A DNA stretch of 64,000 bases, taken from NCBI GenBank assembly GCA_038215615.1, contig JBBQQR010000001.1:155501-219500 (forward strand), written 5' to 3'. Of the stretch, positions 21,666 to 31,066 are shown one piece after another. Numbering within the stretch: position 1 is the first letter of the stretch; every line of letters begins with the position of its first letter. This stretch comes from Vulcanimicrobiales bacterium. GTDB lineage: Bacteria > Vulcanimicrobiota > Vulcanimicrobiia > Vulcanimicrobiales > Vulcanimicrobiaceae. The translations under genes were made by a program, and so were the position numbers. A model generated the notes under the pieces. That model was not told the origin of the DNA. It searched no databases and saw only the letters and a list, made by a program, of their open reading frames with translations.

Positions 21666-22861
21666 TGCCACGCAAAAAAGCAGCATCATCGGCAAACGGC
21701 ACGGCCGTGCTCGAACCGCCGGCGACATCGGTAGACGAACTCAAGAAGCGGATCCTGGAGCGCGGAAAAAAACGCGGCTCGGTAACGCTCGATGAGATCA
21801 ATCTTGAAGTAGGCCGCCTGGCCGAAACGCGCGACGAGCTCAACGAAGCCGAGATCTTTGAAGAATTAATGACGGATCTCAACGCTGCCGGAATCGAAGT
21901 TCTTGAGGAAACGGAAGAAGAGAAGGCCGAAGCCGACGAGGAGGCCGACGCTGCCGAAGCCGTGGCTGCCGGACTGGCGCTGGACGATCCCGTCCGGATG
22001 TACCTCAAAGAGATCGGGCGCGTGCCGCTGCTCTCGATGCAAGACGAGAAAGATCTCGCCATGAAAATCGAGGCGGGCGAGCGCGAGCTCGAACGCAACG
22101 GCTCGGTCGATGCCCGCATCGTGACCATCGGCGAAGAAGCCAAGCGCCAGTTGACGGAGGCCAACCTCCGCCTGGTCGTATCCATCGCCAAAAAATACGT
22201 TGGCCGCGGCATGCTCTTCTTGGACTTGATTCAGGAAGGCAACCTGGGTCTGATCCGCGCGGTCGAAAAATTCGACTATCGTAAGGGCTATAAGTTTTCG
22301 ACCTACGCCACGTGGTGGATACGCCAAGCCATTACGCGTGCGCTGGCCGATCAGGCACGGACGATCCGCATTCCCGTGCACATGGTCGAGACGATCAACC
22401 GCCTCATCAAGATTTCGCGCCAGCTTTTGCAAGAGCTCGGACGCGACCCGTCGGTCGAAGAGATTGCTACCGAAATGGGCTTAACGCCCGAAAAAGTGCG
22501 CGAGGTCATCAAGATCAGCCAAGAGCCAATCTCGCTCGAAACGCCGATCGGCGAAGAAGAAGACTCACACCTCGGCGACTTCATCGAAGATCAGGAAGCG
22601 GTCGCGCCCGCCGAAGCCGCGTCGGTGATGCTGCTCAAAGAGAAAATGCAAGACGTGCTGCAAAACCTGACCGACCGCGAGCGCAAAGTGCTCGTGCTGC
22701 GTTTTGGTTTAGAAGACGGCCATCAGCGAACGCTCGAAGAAGTAGGCCAAGAGTTCGGCGTGACGCGCGAACGTATCCGCCAAATCGAGGCCAAGGCCTT
22801 GCGCAAGTTGCGCCACCCTTCGCGCGGGAAAGCGCTCAAAGACTACTGGAGCAACGAGTAG
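21665..22861 (+). CDS. rpoD: RNA polymerase primary sigma factor
   Basis: [40 protein letters not shown] and TRERIRQIE. Directly follows dnaG. Confidence 0.97.
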   Translation: MPRKKAASSANGTAVLEPPATSVDELKKRILERGKKRGSVTLDEINLEVGRLAETRDELNEAEIFEELMTDLNAAGIEVLEETEEEKAEADEEADAAEAVAAGLALDDPVRMYLKEIGRVPLLSMQDEKDLAMKIEAGERELERNGSVDARIVTIGEEAKRQLTEANLRLVVSIAKKYVGRGMLFLDLIQEGNLGLIRAVEKFDYRKGYKFSTYATWWIRQAITRALADQARTIRIPVHMVETINRLIKISRQLLQELGRDPSVEEIATEMGLTPEKVREVIKISQEPISLETPIGEEEDSHLGDFIEDQEAVAPAEAASVMLLKEKMQDVLQNLTDRERKVLVLRFGLEDGHQRTLEEVGQEFGVTRERIRQIEAKALRKLRHPSRGKALKDYWSNE

Positions 22862-22867
22862 CCGGAG

Positions 22868-23539
22868 CTACATCTCCCCTTTTGCGTTCTCCGTCGAAGG
22901 ATGGACAAGCGGGTTGGTTGTCGCGAATGCGCCCGTCGGATTGGGTGTCAGCCAGATCTCCGTATCCCACTGCGCGGGAAACGTAAAGACCTTCACAACC
23001 TGCGACGCGTCTTTGACCTTGCCCATCTTCACGAGCGTCGCGGCTTGCGGATTGCTCAGGCTGCCGCCGGCGGCCAGGAAGTCTTTGGCGCGCGCGGCCA
23101 GGCCGTAGGTCATCGTTCCATCGGCATTCTTGAGAATCCAATGCACGTGGGAAGATTTGAACTTGAACCAGCGTCCCGAGCTGAGGCCCCAGATGTTCGG
23201 AGGCACCGCCGGCATCGCGAGCGTGCGCGAAAAGTCCGCGCCCAGCAAACGTCCCTTCACGTCGTACCAGAGTTGACTGGGATGACGCGGGTCGACGCTA
23301 TTCCAGTGCAGATTCGCGTAGCTGATCGCGCCGGTCTTGTCCTCATTATTGTAGCGGAAATAGCCCGCTTGTGTGGCCGCTGCCGGATTAGGGAAGCGGG
23401 CGTTGAGATCTTTGGTGGCGTTTTGCACGAAGGCCAGTTCGCCCGGAAGAGGCGTGTCGGGAAGCGGGGCCGGCGTTTGAGCCATTACGGCGGACGCGGC
23501 GAAAAACGATAATGCCAGCGCGAAAAGCGCACGTTTCAT
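22868..23539 (-). CDS. secreted hypothetical protein
   Basis: GGAG SD and signal peptide MKRALFALALSFFAASAVMA. Confidence 0.75.
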   Translation of the reverse strand: MKRALFALALSFFAASAVMAQTPAPLPDTPLPGELAFVQNATKDLNARFPNPAAATQAGYFRYNNEDKTGAISYANLHWNSVDPRHPSQLWYDVKGRLLGADFSRTLAMPAVPPNIWGLSSGRWFKFKSSHVHWILKNADGTMTYGLAARAKDFLAAGGSLSNPQAATLVKMGKVKDASQVVKVFTFPAQWDTEIWLTPNPTGAFATTNPLVHPSTENAKGEM

Positions 23540-23556
23540 GGTCTATACTCCGTCTG

Positions 23557-24351
23557 TTATGAAGTCGGTTGAGCGGTCGGTAGAACGCTTGGCGACGGCT
23601 TCGGCGTAGGCGTTGCGAATCCCGGAGGCGTCGCCACCGGGGGTATCTTAATGGCCGCGCTGGGTGCGTCGGCGGCGCCCGCGATGGCGGGCGGGTTGAC
23701 GATGGCTAGCGAGCCCGCGGTCAAGCGCAGCTCGGCCGCGGTGCGTGCCCGGATGACGGTGCCCGGCTTCAGGTCGACTTCCAAGCCTTTGCGCAGCATG
23801 TGATAGAGAAAGTGATACGGGATAAAAATGTCGCCGACGGTGTCGGTGACGCCGCGCGTCGAGCTTTGTCCGGCGGTGAGATGCGGGTCGATGTGTCCGG
23901 TCGGCGTGAGCAACGGCATTTTCTGTCCGCCGGCAAGCGTGAACGGCTCGAAATAAATGTCGACCGAACCGTTGACGTTGGCGATCTGCGCGCCCGAAGA
24001 GTGTACGATCCGGATCTGCGCCGGCGTGCCGGCCGGAGCCGCGGTAATGCCGCCGATCACCAGCGGATCGCGAAGGTGCGCGCGCACGAACGTGCCTTCC
24101 TGACTATGCGAGCTGATGTCGCCGTCAAGGACGAAGAAGAGGCTCGAGTTATTGGGCAAGTCGTTCTTGCCGCCCGACGGTTCGGGGAGCGGACTCGCCG
24201 TGGATACCGTTCTCGGAACGACAATAGCGCGAGCCGTTTGAGGGCTCGCGCTCATTGAAACCGCCGCTGCTGCGGCGGCGAGCGCCGCTAACGCGGCGCG
24301 TCCGATTTTAGCTGGCTTTCTTTTGGGCTTCTGCGGCTGCGGCTGCGGCAC
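23557..24351 (-). CDS. secreted hypothetical protein with Pro-rich tail
   Basis: GTG 24351 preceded by GAGGG. Basic n-region and Ala-rich signal, then a beta-rich core. Confidence 0.65.
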   Translation of the reverse strand: MPQPQPQKPKRKPAKIGRAALAALAAAAAAVSMSASPQTARAIVVPRTVSTASPLPEPSGGKNDLPNNSSLFFVLDGDISSHSQEGTFVRAHLRDPLVIGGITAAPAGTPAQIRIVHSSGAQIANVNGSVDIYFEPFTLAGGQKMPLLTPTGHIDPHLTAGQSSTRGVTDTVGDIFIPYHFLYHMLRKGLEVDLKPGTVIRARTAAELRLTAGSLAIVNPPAIAGAADAPSAAIKIPPVATPPGFATPTPKPSPSVLPTAQPTS

Positions 24352-24649
24352 GTTTTCCCTCTTCGATGAGCTGCTTGACCTTTTGGCCGCCCTTCTGACC
24401 GATCGTCTCATAGAAGTTGGGGCCGTAACGGTCACGCGTGGCTTCGCCGCCTTTCTTGCCGCCCAACTTGCCGATTTGCTCGTAGAAGGCGTGCCCGTGG
24501 GCGTTCTTCGTAGCCTGACCGCCCTTGCGGCCGATCTGCTCGTAGAATTCAGGGCCGTACTTTTTCTTGACGGTCTCGCCGCCTTTTTGCCCGGCTTCGC
24601 GGACGGTCATGCCGCCGGCTTTCTTCAGGGGGCCGTTGGGGTTACTCAT
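24308..24649 (-). CDS. KGG-repeat general stress protein (GsiB/Em-like hydrophilin)
   Basis: Three ~20-aa repeats of the form KGGx(6)G-x-x-FYExIG. Confidence 0.88.
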   Translation of the reverse strand: MSNPNGPLKKAGGMTVREAGQKGGETVKKKYGPEFYEQIGRKGGQATKNAHGHAFYEQIGKLGGKKGGEATRDRYGPNFYETIGQKGGQKVKQLIEEGKRAAAAAAEAQKKAS

Positions 24650-24738
24650 AGAGATGCTTTACCTCGGTTCTTTGCGCCGCCCAAGAAGGACGGCAATCTC
24701 ATGCTCCATATACTAGAACGCACATCCGGCCCGGAAAG

Positions 24739-26229
24739 TTGGGGTCTCACGTGTTCCTGCGATTGATTCTTTGCCTCACACTAGCAAGCGCTCCCATCCT
24801 AATATCGGCAGGCACCGCGCCGCCCGCTAACCCCTACGTCCAAATCGAGCGCCTGGAAGCCTCCCGCTCTTTGGGCAACGGCGCGCTTGCGGGGTTTGTG
24901 ACATCCGCGAACCGCCAGGTGGCGATCCGGGCGGCGCTGGCCATCGGGCGCACCAAACAAAGCGCCGGCATTCCGCTGCTGCTCGGGCACGTCGGCGACT
25001 CCGATCCCGCAATGCGCGCGACGAGCATCTATTCGCTCGGGCTGATCGGCGGCATTCCGGCGGCCCAGCCGGTTTTGGCGGCGCTGCTGCACGATCGGGC
25101 GGGCGCGGTGCAAGCAGCGGCACTTGATGCGGCCGATCGTCTGGAGACCGCGCACATGCTTTCGGTGGCGCAAGAGTATCAAGCGGGACGGCGCGTGCGC
25201 GAACTGCTGGGCGTCGGCGATGTTATCGTGCGCGGCCGGGCGGCGACAGCGCTCGAAGCGTTTCACGGATCGGCGTTTGCGCAAGCCGTGGTCGGCACGC
25301 TCGCGCGGGCGTACGCGCGCGAACCGGACTCGTACGTGCGCTGGCATATCGTCTGGACGCTTTTCCGCGCCTATGCAAAACGCGCGCCCGTCGAAACACT
25401 TGAGGCGGCGCTTCACGATCGCGCCGAGCTCGTGCGCATTGAGGCTGCGCGCGCTTTCGGCCGCCGCGGCGACAAATCGGCAGTCGGATTGCTGCAGCCG
25501 CTGGCCGCGGATCCGTCGTGGCGGGTGCAAGAGCAGACGATGGAATCGATCAAAGTGCTGCAAGGCGGATCGCTTACCGCGCATTTGAAAGCGATTCCGG
25601 CCGGCGTGCATACTCCCGCGCCCGAGCCCGACAAATTTGCGTCGCTGCAAGCTTTGCCGCGCGCGCTTTCTTCTGCAAAACCGCAAAAGCCCTCGCCTGA
25701 AGGGATCTCGACGGTTACGACGCTCGATCCAACCACGATCGCGCTGATGACCGGTCCGGCGAAGGGTCCGCACCCGCGCGTGCGCCTGGTCACCACGCAG
25801 GGGAATATCTACGTCGAGCTCTTTCCCGAGTGGGCGCCTCTCACGGCCGAGAATTTTCTCAATCTTACGCAATCGGGATACTACGATAACAACCCGTGGT
25901 TTAGAATCGTGCCTGATTTCGTGGTACAAACGGGCGATCCGACAGGGAACGGCAATGGTGACGCCGGTTACACCATTCCGGCCGAAGAGAATCCGATCGA
26001 GCAGAACAGCTACGTCATTTCGATGGGCATGAACTACACCGACCCGCCCAATGCGCACGCGATACGCGACTCGGCCGGCACGCAGTTTTACATCACGCTC
26101 TCGCCGCAGCTGCATTTGAACCGCGACTTTACCGTGTTCGGACGCGTCATCGGCGGCGCCGACGTTTTGGGGCGGCTGATCGAGTCCGATAAAATTATTC
26201 GGGCCGAACGCATTGCGGACTCGCCGTGA
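24739..26229 (+). CDS. exported HEAT-repeat protein fused to a cyclophilin-type PPIase
   Basis: Signal peptide, HEAT repeats, FRIVPDFVVQTGDP, GTQFYIT and FTVFGRV. Confidence 0.88.
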   Translation: MGSHVFLRLILCLTLASAPILISAGTAPPANPYVQIERLEASRSLGNGALAGFVTSANRQVAIRAALAIGRTKQSAGIPLLLGHVGDSDPAMRATSIYSLGLIGGIPAAQPVLAALLHDRAGAVQAAALDAADRLETAHMLSVAQEYQAGRRVRELLGVGDVIVRGRAATALEAFHGSAFAQAVVGTLARAYAREPDSYVRWHIVWTLFRAYAKRAPVETLEAALHDRAELVRIEAARAFGRRGDKSAVGLLQPLAADPSWRVQEQTMESIKVLQGGSLTAHLKAIPAGVHTPAPEPDKFASLQALPRALSSAKPQKPSPEGISTVTTLDPTTIALMTGPAKGPHPRVRLVTTQGNIYVELFPEWAPLTAENFLNLTQSGYYDNNPWFRIVPDFVVQTGDPTGNGNGDAGYTIPAEENPIEQNSYVISMGMNYTDPPNAHAIRDSAGTQFYITLSPQLHLNRDFTVFGRVIGGADVLGRLIESDKIIRAERIADSP

Positions 26230-26606
26230 AGCTTGCGATCGTCGTCTCGCTTGCGGCGACCCTGCTCTGCGCCTGCGGCACTCCGCAGAGCCTGCCGGTC
26301 GAAATTCCGAGCTGCAAGGTTGCGCAGAATATCAGTCGCGTCATGCTGACGGCCCCCGTGACCAGCCGGGCATCCAAACCGATCTCGGGATTGGTCCTGG
26401 TGGCGGATGTGTATCGCGATTTTCGCTACCAGCGCTTCCAGGGGACGGCGGTGGTTTCTCCCGAGCTGGATCCCGGGCAGCAACGGACCCTTAACTTCCA
26501 GATATCCGGAAAAATTTTGCCGCCCGAAGGGCCCGCGATGCGCTGTTTTGCGACGCACATCGCTTATCTTGACGGCACGTCAGAAGACGTAACGGCTTCG
26601 CGATGA
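26226..26606 (+). CDS. putative lipoprotein
   Basis: MKLAIVVSLAATLLCAC lipobox-like signal and GTGA overlap with the upstream gene. Confidence 0.7.
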   Translation: MKLAIVVSLAATLLCACGTPQSLPVEIPSCKVAQNISRVMLTAPVTSRASKPISGLVLVADVYRDFRYQRFQGTAVVSPELDPGQQRTLNFQISGKILPPEGPAMRCFATHIAYLDGTSEDVTASR

Positions 26607-26622
26607 TGCGGGCGGTGCCGAC

Positions 26623-27072
26623 TTAAAAGAGTTTTTTCGTATCGAGTAAGATCGTCACTGGACCATCGTTGACGAGATCAACTTCCATCGTTGCGCCGAA
26701 CTCGCCATACTCCACGCGTAAGCCCTCGCGTTTCAGCAAAACGCCGACGCGCTCGTAGAGCGGCTTTGCTTGCTCCTCGCGGGCGGCCGCGACAAATGAG
26801 GGCCGCCGCCCTTTGCGCGCATCGCCGTGCAACGTGAATTGCGATATCAACAATACCGCACCGTTCGCCTCGGCGATGCTACGATTCATCAGCCCTTCGT
26901 CGTCCCGGAATATGCGTAGGTTCGCAATTTTTTCCGTGATCTGTTCGGCATCGCGTTCGTCGTCATCGACGCCGACGCTCAGGAGCACCGCCAGGCCGCG
27001 CTCGATCGCGCCTATGGCATTCCCGGCAACACGGACCTGCGCGCGCGAGACACGCTGAACGACGGCTCGCAC
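26623..27072 (-). CDS. dtd: D-aminoacyl-tRNA deacylase
   Basis: MRAVVQRV, SQFTL, GRRPSF and NDGPVT. Confidence 0.96.
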   Translation of the reverse strand: MRAVVQRVSRAQVRVAGNAIGAIERGLAVLLSVGVDDDERDAEQITEKIANLRIFRDDEGLMNRSIAEANGAVLLISQFTLHGDARKGRRPSFVAAAREEQAKPLYERVGVLLKREGLRVEYGEFGATMEVDLVNDGPVTILLDTKKLF

Positions 27073-27073
27073 G

Positions 27074-27967
27074 TCAGCGCGCGAAGATGCTCGAAAGTGC
27101 GAAGACCAGGTTTTCTTTGCGCTCCGCGACGCGGCGGTAGAAATACGCGGCCCAATGTGTGCCGAAAGGCACGTAGACGCGCAGCCGGTAGCCTTCGCTG
27201 ACCAGCTCGCGCTGCAGCTGCGGACGCACGCCGTAGATCATCTGAAATTCGAACCGGTCGCGCGAGATGTTCTTGGTTTTTACAAACTCTTTCACGGCTC
27301 CAATGAGCCGGCGGTCGTGGGTCGCGATCCCGGGGTAATTTCCGCGCGTCAAAAGCTCTCGCGCGCAGTGCATGTACTGCTCGCGTATCTCCGGCATCTC
27401 TTTGTACGCGATCGACGCCGGCTCGTTATAGGCACCTTTGCAAAGCCGTACGCGCGCTCCCAGCTCGATCATCCGTTCCACGTCCCCTGGCGTCTGCTTT
27501 AAATAGGCTTGAAGGACCGAGCCGACGTTGCCGTAGGCGCCAAACGCGCGCTCAAAAACTCTCAGCGTCGCTTCCGTGACCGCCGAACCTTCCATGTCGA
27601 TCCGTACGAACGGATCGGGATTGCCTTTTGCACGCTCTAGGATCGCGGCAAGGTTCTCGAATCCAAGATCTTCGTCGATTAGCAATCCGAGCGCGGTGAG
27701 TTTGACGGAGACGTTGCAGTCAACAGCGCTGTTTTTAATAGCGTCAAATATCTCCATGTACGTCTGGCGGGTTTTCGCGGCGGCAGCGCGCTCGAGGACG
27801 TCTTCACCCAGAAAATCGAGCGAGGCGGTCATTCCGCCTTCGTTCAGCTCCCGTACCGCGGCGATCGCGTCGGCAACGCTCTTGCCGGCGACGAACCTCT
27901 TGGCCAAAAAAAAGAACCGTTTTTGGAAAGTCGAGTCGGGTGCGAAGAAGCGATCGAGTGCGGCCAT
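27074..27967 (-). CDS. proline dehydrogenase (monofunctional)
   Basis: RFVAG, SVKLT, RIDME, RLCKGAY, IATHD, FEFQM and YFYRR. Confidence 0.92.
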   Translation of the reverse strand: MAALDRFFAPDSTFQKRFFFLAKRFVAGKSVADAIAAVRELNEGGMTASLDFLGEDVLERAAAAKTRQTYMEIFDAIKNSAVDCNVSVKLTALGLLIDEDLGFENLAAILERAKGNPDPFVRIDMEGSAVTEATLRVFERAFGAYGNVGSVLQAYLKQTPGDVERMIELGARVRLCKGAYNEPASIAYKEMPEIREQYMHCARELLTRGNYPGIATHDRRLIGAVKEFVKTKNISRDRFEFQMIYGVRPQLQRELVSEGYRLRVYVPFGTHWAAYFYRRVAERKENLVFALSSIFAR

Positions 27968-27975
27968 CGCAGCTG

Positions 27976-28752
27976 CTATACGACGCGGCGGCGCAAGGCC
28001 CATTGGAGCGCGATGGCGATCGCGGCCAACACCACGAAACCGTAGCTCAGCGCAAGCGCGGGAGCGACTCCTTGCGACGAGAGCGTGACGTAGAGCTGAA
28101 CGGGCAATGCCGTCGGATGGTACGCGACGATCGACGTCGCGCCGTACTCACCGATCGCGCGCATCCAAGCAAGCACGATGCCGGCAATAACGTTTGGAGC
28201 TGCCAAGGGCAGCGCTACGCGGAAGAAGACCCGTAAGGCGTCGGCTCCCAGCGTTCGCGCGGATTCTTCATAGATCGGATCGAGCGATGCAAAGGCGGCG
28301 GTCGAAACGATCGCGACAAACGATCCGGCCACGAAAAACTCCGCGAGGGCGACGCCCGGCAGCGAATCCACGAACGTTATTCCATGCGATGCCAATGCCA
28401 CGCCGATCGGCGTATGGGCGCCGACCGTTTGCAGCAGCATGATTCCGGATGCGACTGGCGGGAATGCGAGCGGAAGCGCCAGCACCGCAAGCGCGATCGC
28501 CCGGACGGGTCCGCTCGAATGCGCGAGCGCGTAACCTGCCGGCACACCGAGAAACGTAGCGAGCGCGACCGCGGCGGTCGAAGCAACCAGCGAGACGACG
28601 AGCGCGTCGCGAGCTTGCGGCGCGGAAAAGGCAGCAATGACATCGCCCGGCCTGACCGCGGCCAGCATCGCCGCGACGGGGCCCAGCATCAGGATGATGA
28701 GCAACGCCGCCGCTACATGAAAGATCGAGATTTTCCAGAACCCCATTCCCAT
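27976..28752 (-). CDS. modB: molybdate ABC transporter permease
   Basis: LPLAFPPVASG, EESARTLGA (EAA loop) and RAIGEYGAT. Confidence 0.8.
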   Translation of the reverse strand: MGMGFWKISIFHVAAALLIILMLGPVAAMLAAVRPGDVIAAFSAPQARDALVVSLVASTAAVALATFLGVPAGYALAHSSGPVRAIALAVLALPLAFPPVASGIMLLQTVGAHTPIGVALASHGITFVDSLPGVALAEFFVAGSFVAIVSTAAFASLDPIYEESARTLGADALRVFFRVALPLAAPNVIAGIVLAWMRAIGEYGATSIVAYHPTALPVQLYVTLSSQGVAPALALSYGFVVLAAIAIALQWALRRRVV

Positions 28753-29313
28753 TTGAACTTCCTCAAGATTCTGGTCGTCGCCCTCTCTTTGGGATTGGAC
28801 GTGTTCGCGGTCGGTGTGGGCGTGGGTATGCGCGGCACTTCGCGCGCCATAAAGCTGCGCATCGGCGTAGCGTTTGCGACCGCCGAAGTCGTGATGAATT
28901 TGGCGGGCGTCGGCTTAGGAAAACTCGCGGGCGAACTGCTGGGAAACGTCGCGGGCTACATTGGGTTCGCGGCGCTCATCGGTTTGGGCGGTTACATGAT
29001 CGTCGAAGCCGTGCGCGAGTCCGAGCGGAAACGCCCGCTCGACATGTCGCGCGGATGGGGTTTAGTTGTCGGGTCGCTTTCGATCAGTCTGGATTCGCTC
29101 GGTATCGGATTTTCGATTTTATACATCGGCGTGCCGCTGGTGCTTTCGCTGAGCGTAATCTTCGTCGTCTCGATCTGCTCGACCGCGCTCGGCTTGACGC
29201 TCGGGCGAATCGTCGGCCGGCGCGCGGAAGAGAGTGCCGAGTTGTGGGCCGGCATCGTGCTGGCGCTCACCGGCATCGCATTCATACTCGCCAAGATATT
29301 TCTGCCGGCGTGA
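28753..29313 (+). CDS. mntP: manganese efflux pump MntP family
   Basis: SLGLDVFAV and SISLDSLGIG duplicated motifs, about 6 TMs, TTG start. Confidence 0.8.
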   Translation: MNFLKILVVALSLGLDVFAVGVGVGMRGTSRAIKLRIGVAFATAEVVMNLAGVGLGKLAGELLGNVAGYIGFAALIGLGGYMIVEAVRESERKRPLDMSRGWGLVVGSLSISLDSLGIGFSILYIGVPLVLSLSVIFVVSICSTALGLTLGRIVGRRAEESAELWAGIVLALTGIAFILAKIFLPA

Positions 29314-30218
29314 ACATCGGCGACGCGCTGCTCGATCTGGCGCGTGCGGGCGGACGCCCCTCGCTGTTTGTTGTCGGCACGGGAAAAAACGCGGGCAAGA
29401 CAGTTGCCATGCGCGCAGTGGCGACCGCTGCGGTACGGCGGGGTTTGGCGATCGGATTGACTTCGGCCGGACGCGACGGAGAAATGTTCGACGCGGTGGA
29501 TTCCGCGGCCAAGCCGCGGCTGTTTCTTGAAACCGGTACGTTGATCGCCACGGCGCGCGCGCTGCTTTCCGCGCGTCACGATGTCGAGGTGCTTGAAGAA
29601 ACGCCGTGGCAAACCGCGGCGGGGCCGGTCGTGTTCGCGCGCGTTGCAAGCGCGGCGTTTTTCGAGCTGGCCGGGCCGCCGAAGGCTTCGGAGCTGCGCC
29701 GCTGCGTCGAACGCTTGCGCGAGTTTGGCTGCGATCAGACGATCGTGGACGGCGCGATCGACCGCGTGGCGGTGCTGGCAGGCGGCGATGACGCCGTGAT
29801 CGTCTCGGTGGGTCCGGACGCCGGCGCGACGATTGAAGAAGCGGCGCTGACGGCACGCGCGCTGGTACGGCGCCTCTGTTTGCCGCAGTACGATCCTGCG
29901 CAACCTTTTGAAAAAATCGAAGGCGCGCTGACCGCGGCCCAGGCTGCGACGTTGATGAAAAACGGCGCGCAGCACCAAGTCGTCGTGAGCGATCCGACCC
30001 GCGTGGTGATCGGCGGGAAGGCGTTCTTGCAGTTGGCGCAACGCGTCATGCTGCGGTGCGAGCGGCCGCTGCACGTGGTCGCGGTGACGGTTGCCCCGAT
30101 CGGCCGCGAGCGGGATTTTGAACCGGATGCATTTCGCGATGCGGTCGCGCGCGAGACCGGTTTGCCCGTCTTCGATGTGTACGCAGGTGCAGTATCCGGC
30201 GAAGGAAAGAAAGCGTAA
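29310..30218 (+). CDS. KamB-like P-loop protein of lysine-fermentation clusters
   Basis: GTGKNAGKT, GLTSAGRDGE, KPRLFL, GTLIATA, ELAGP and VDGAIDR. Adjacent to kce. Confidence 0.65.
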   Translation: MNIGDALLDLARAGGRPSLFVVGTGKNAGKTVAMRAVATAAVRRGLAIGLTSAGRDGEMFDAVDSAAKPRLFLETGTLIATARALLSARHDVEVLEETPWQTAAGPVVFARVASAAFFELAGPPKASELRRCVERLREFGCDQTIVDGAIDRVAVLAGGDDAVIVSVGPDAGATIEEAALTARALVRRLCLPQYDPAQPFEKIEGALTAAQAATLMKNGAQHQVVVSDPTRVVIGGKAFLQLAQRVMLRCERPLHVVAVTVAPIGRERDFEPDAFRDAVARETGLPVFDVYAGAVSGEGKKA

Positions 30219-31060
30219 TGGATCCGCTGATCGTGACGGTCGCGCCCGTCGGCGCGGAATTGACGCCCGAGCAAACGCCGCATCTGGCGGTGAAGCCGGA
30301 GCAGTTGGGCGACGTGGCCGCAAAGTGCCGGCAAGCCGGCGCTTCGATGATACACGTGCACTGCCGCAACGACGACGGCAGCAACACGCATGACGTCCGA
30401 CGCTTCAAAGCGGCGTATGACGAGATTCGCGCGCGCAGCGATCTGATCGTGCAGTTTTCCACCGGCGGTGCGATTGGTATGTCTCTCGAAGAACGCGCGG
30501 GCGTGCTCGACTTGCATCCGGAGATGGCGACGCTCACCTGCGGATCGGTCAACTTCGGCGATGAGATTTTTGAAAACAGCTTTCCGATCATGCGCGCCAT
30601 TTTGAAGAAGATGAACGAGTTGGGCGTGCGGCCCGAACTCGAGGTATTCGATAAGGGTCACCTTTCCAACGCGCGCAAGCTCGAGCGCGAACGCTTGCTC
30701 AAATTTCCGCAGCATGTAGACTTCGTGTTGGGCGTTCCCGGTGGCTTGGAAGCGAGCGTTTCGAATCTCTGCGATCTGGTTGACTCGCTTCCCCCCGGCT
30801 GCACCTGGTCGGTTGCGGCCATCGGGCGCGCGCAGCTGCCCATGTCGATGGCCGCGATTGCGATGGGCGGCCACGTGCGCGTGGGACTCGAGGACAACAT
30901 TTATTATTCCCGGGGAAAGCTCGCGACCAATGACGAGCTGGTCGCGCGCGTTGTGCGCATCGCGGGAGAACTCGGCCGCCCGGTTGCAACGCCGGCCAAA
31001 GCGCGTGAGATCCTAGGCCTGCGGCCGCTACAGGAGCAGGCCCGCGGAGCTTTAATGTAG
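30218..31060 (+). CDS. kce: 3-keto-5-aminohexanoate cleavage enzyme (BKACE family)
   Basis: GAE, IHVH, STGG, TLTCGSVNFG, ELEVFD and RVGLEDN. Confidence 0.88.
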   Translation: MDPLIVTVAPVGAELTPEQTPHLAVKPEQLGDVAAKCRQAGASMIHVHCRNDDGSNTHDVRRFKAAYDEIRARSDLIVQFSTGGAIGMSLEERAGVLDLHPEMATLTCGSVNFGDEIFENSFPIMRAILKKMNELGVRPELEVFDKGHLSNARKLERERLLKFPQHVDFVLGVPGGLEASVSNLCDLVDSLPPGCTWSVAAIGRAQLPMSMAAIAMGGHVRVGLEDNIYYSRGKLATNDELVARVVRIAGELGRPVATPAKAREILGLRPLQEQARGALM

Positions 31061-31066
31061 CGAGTC

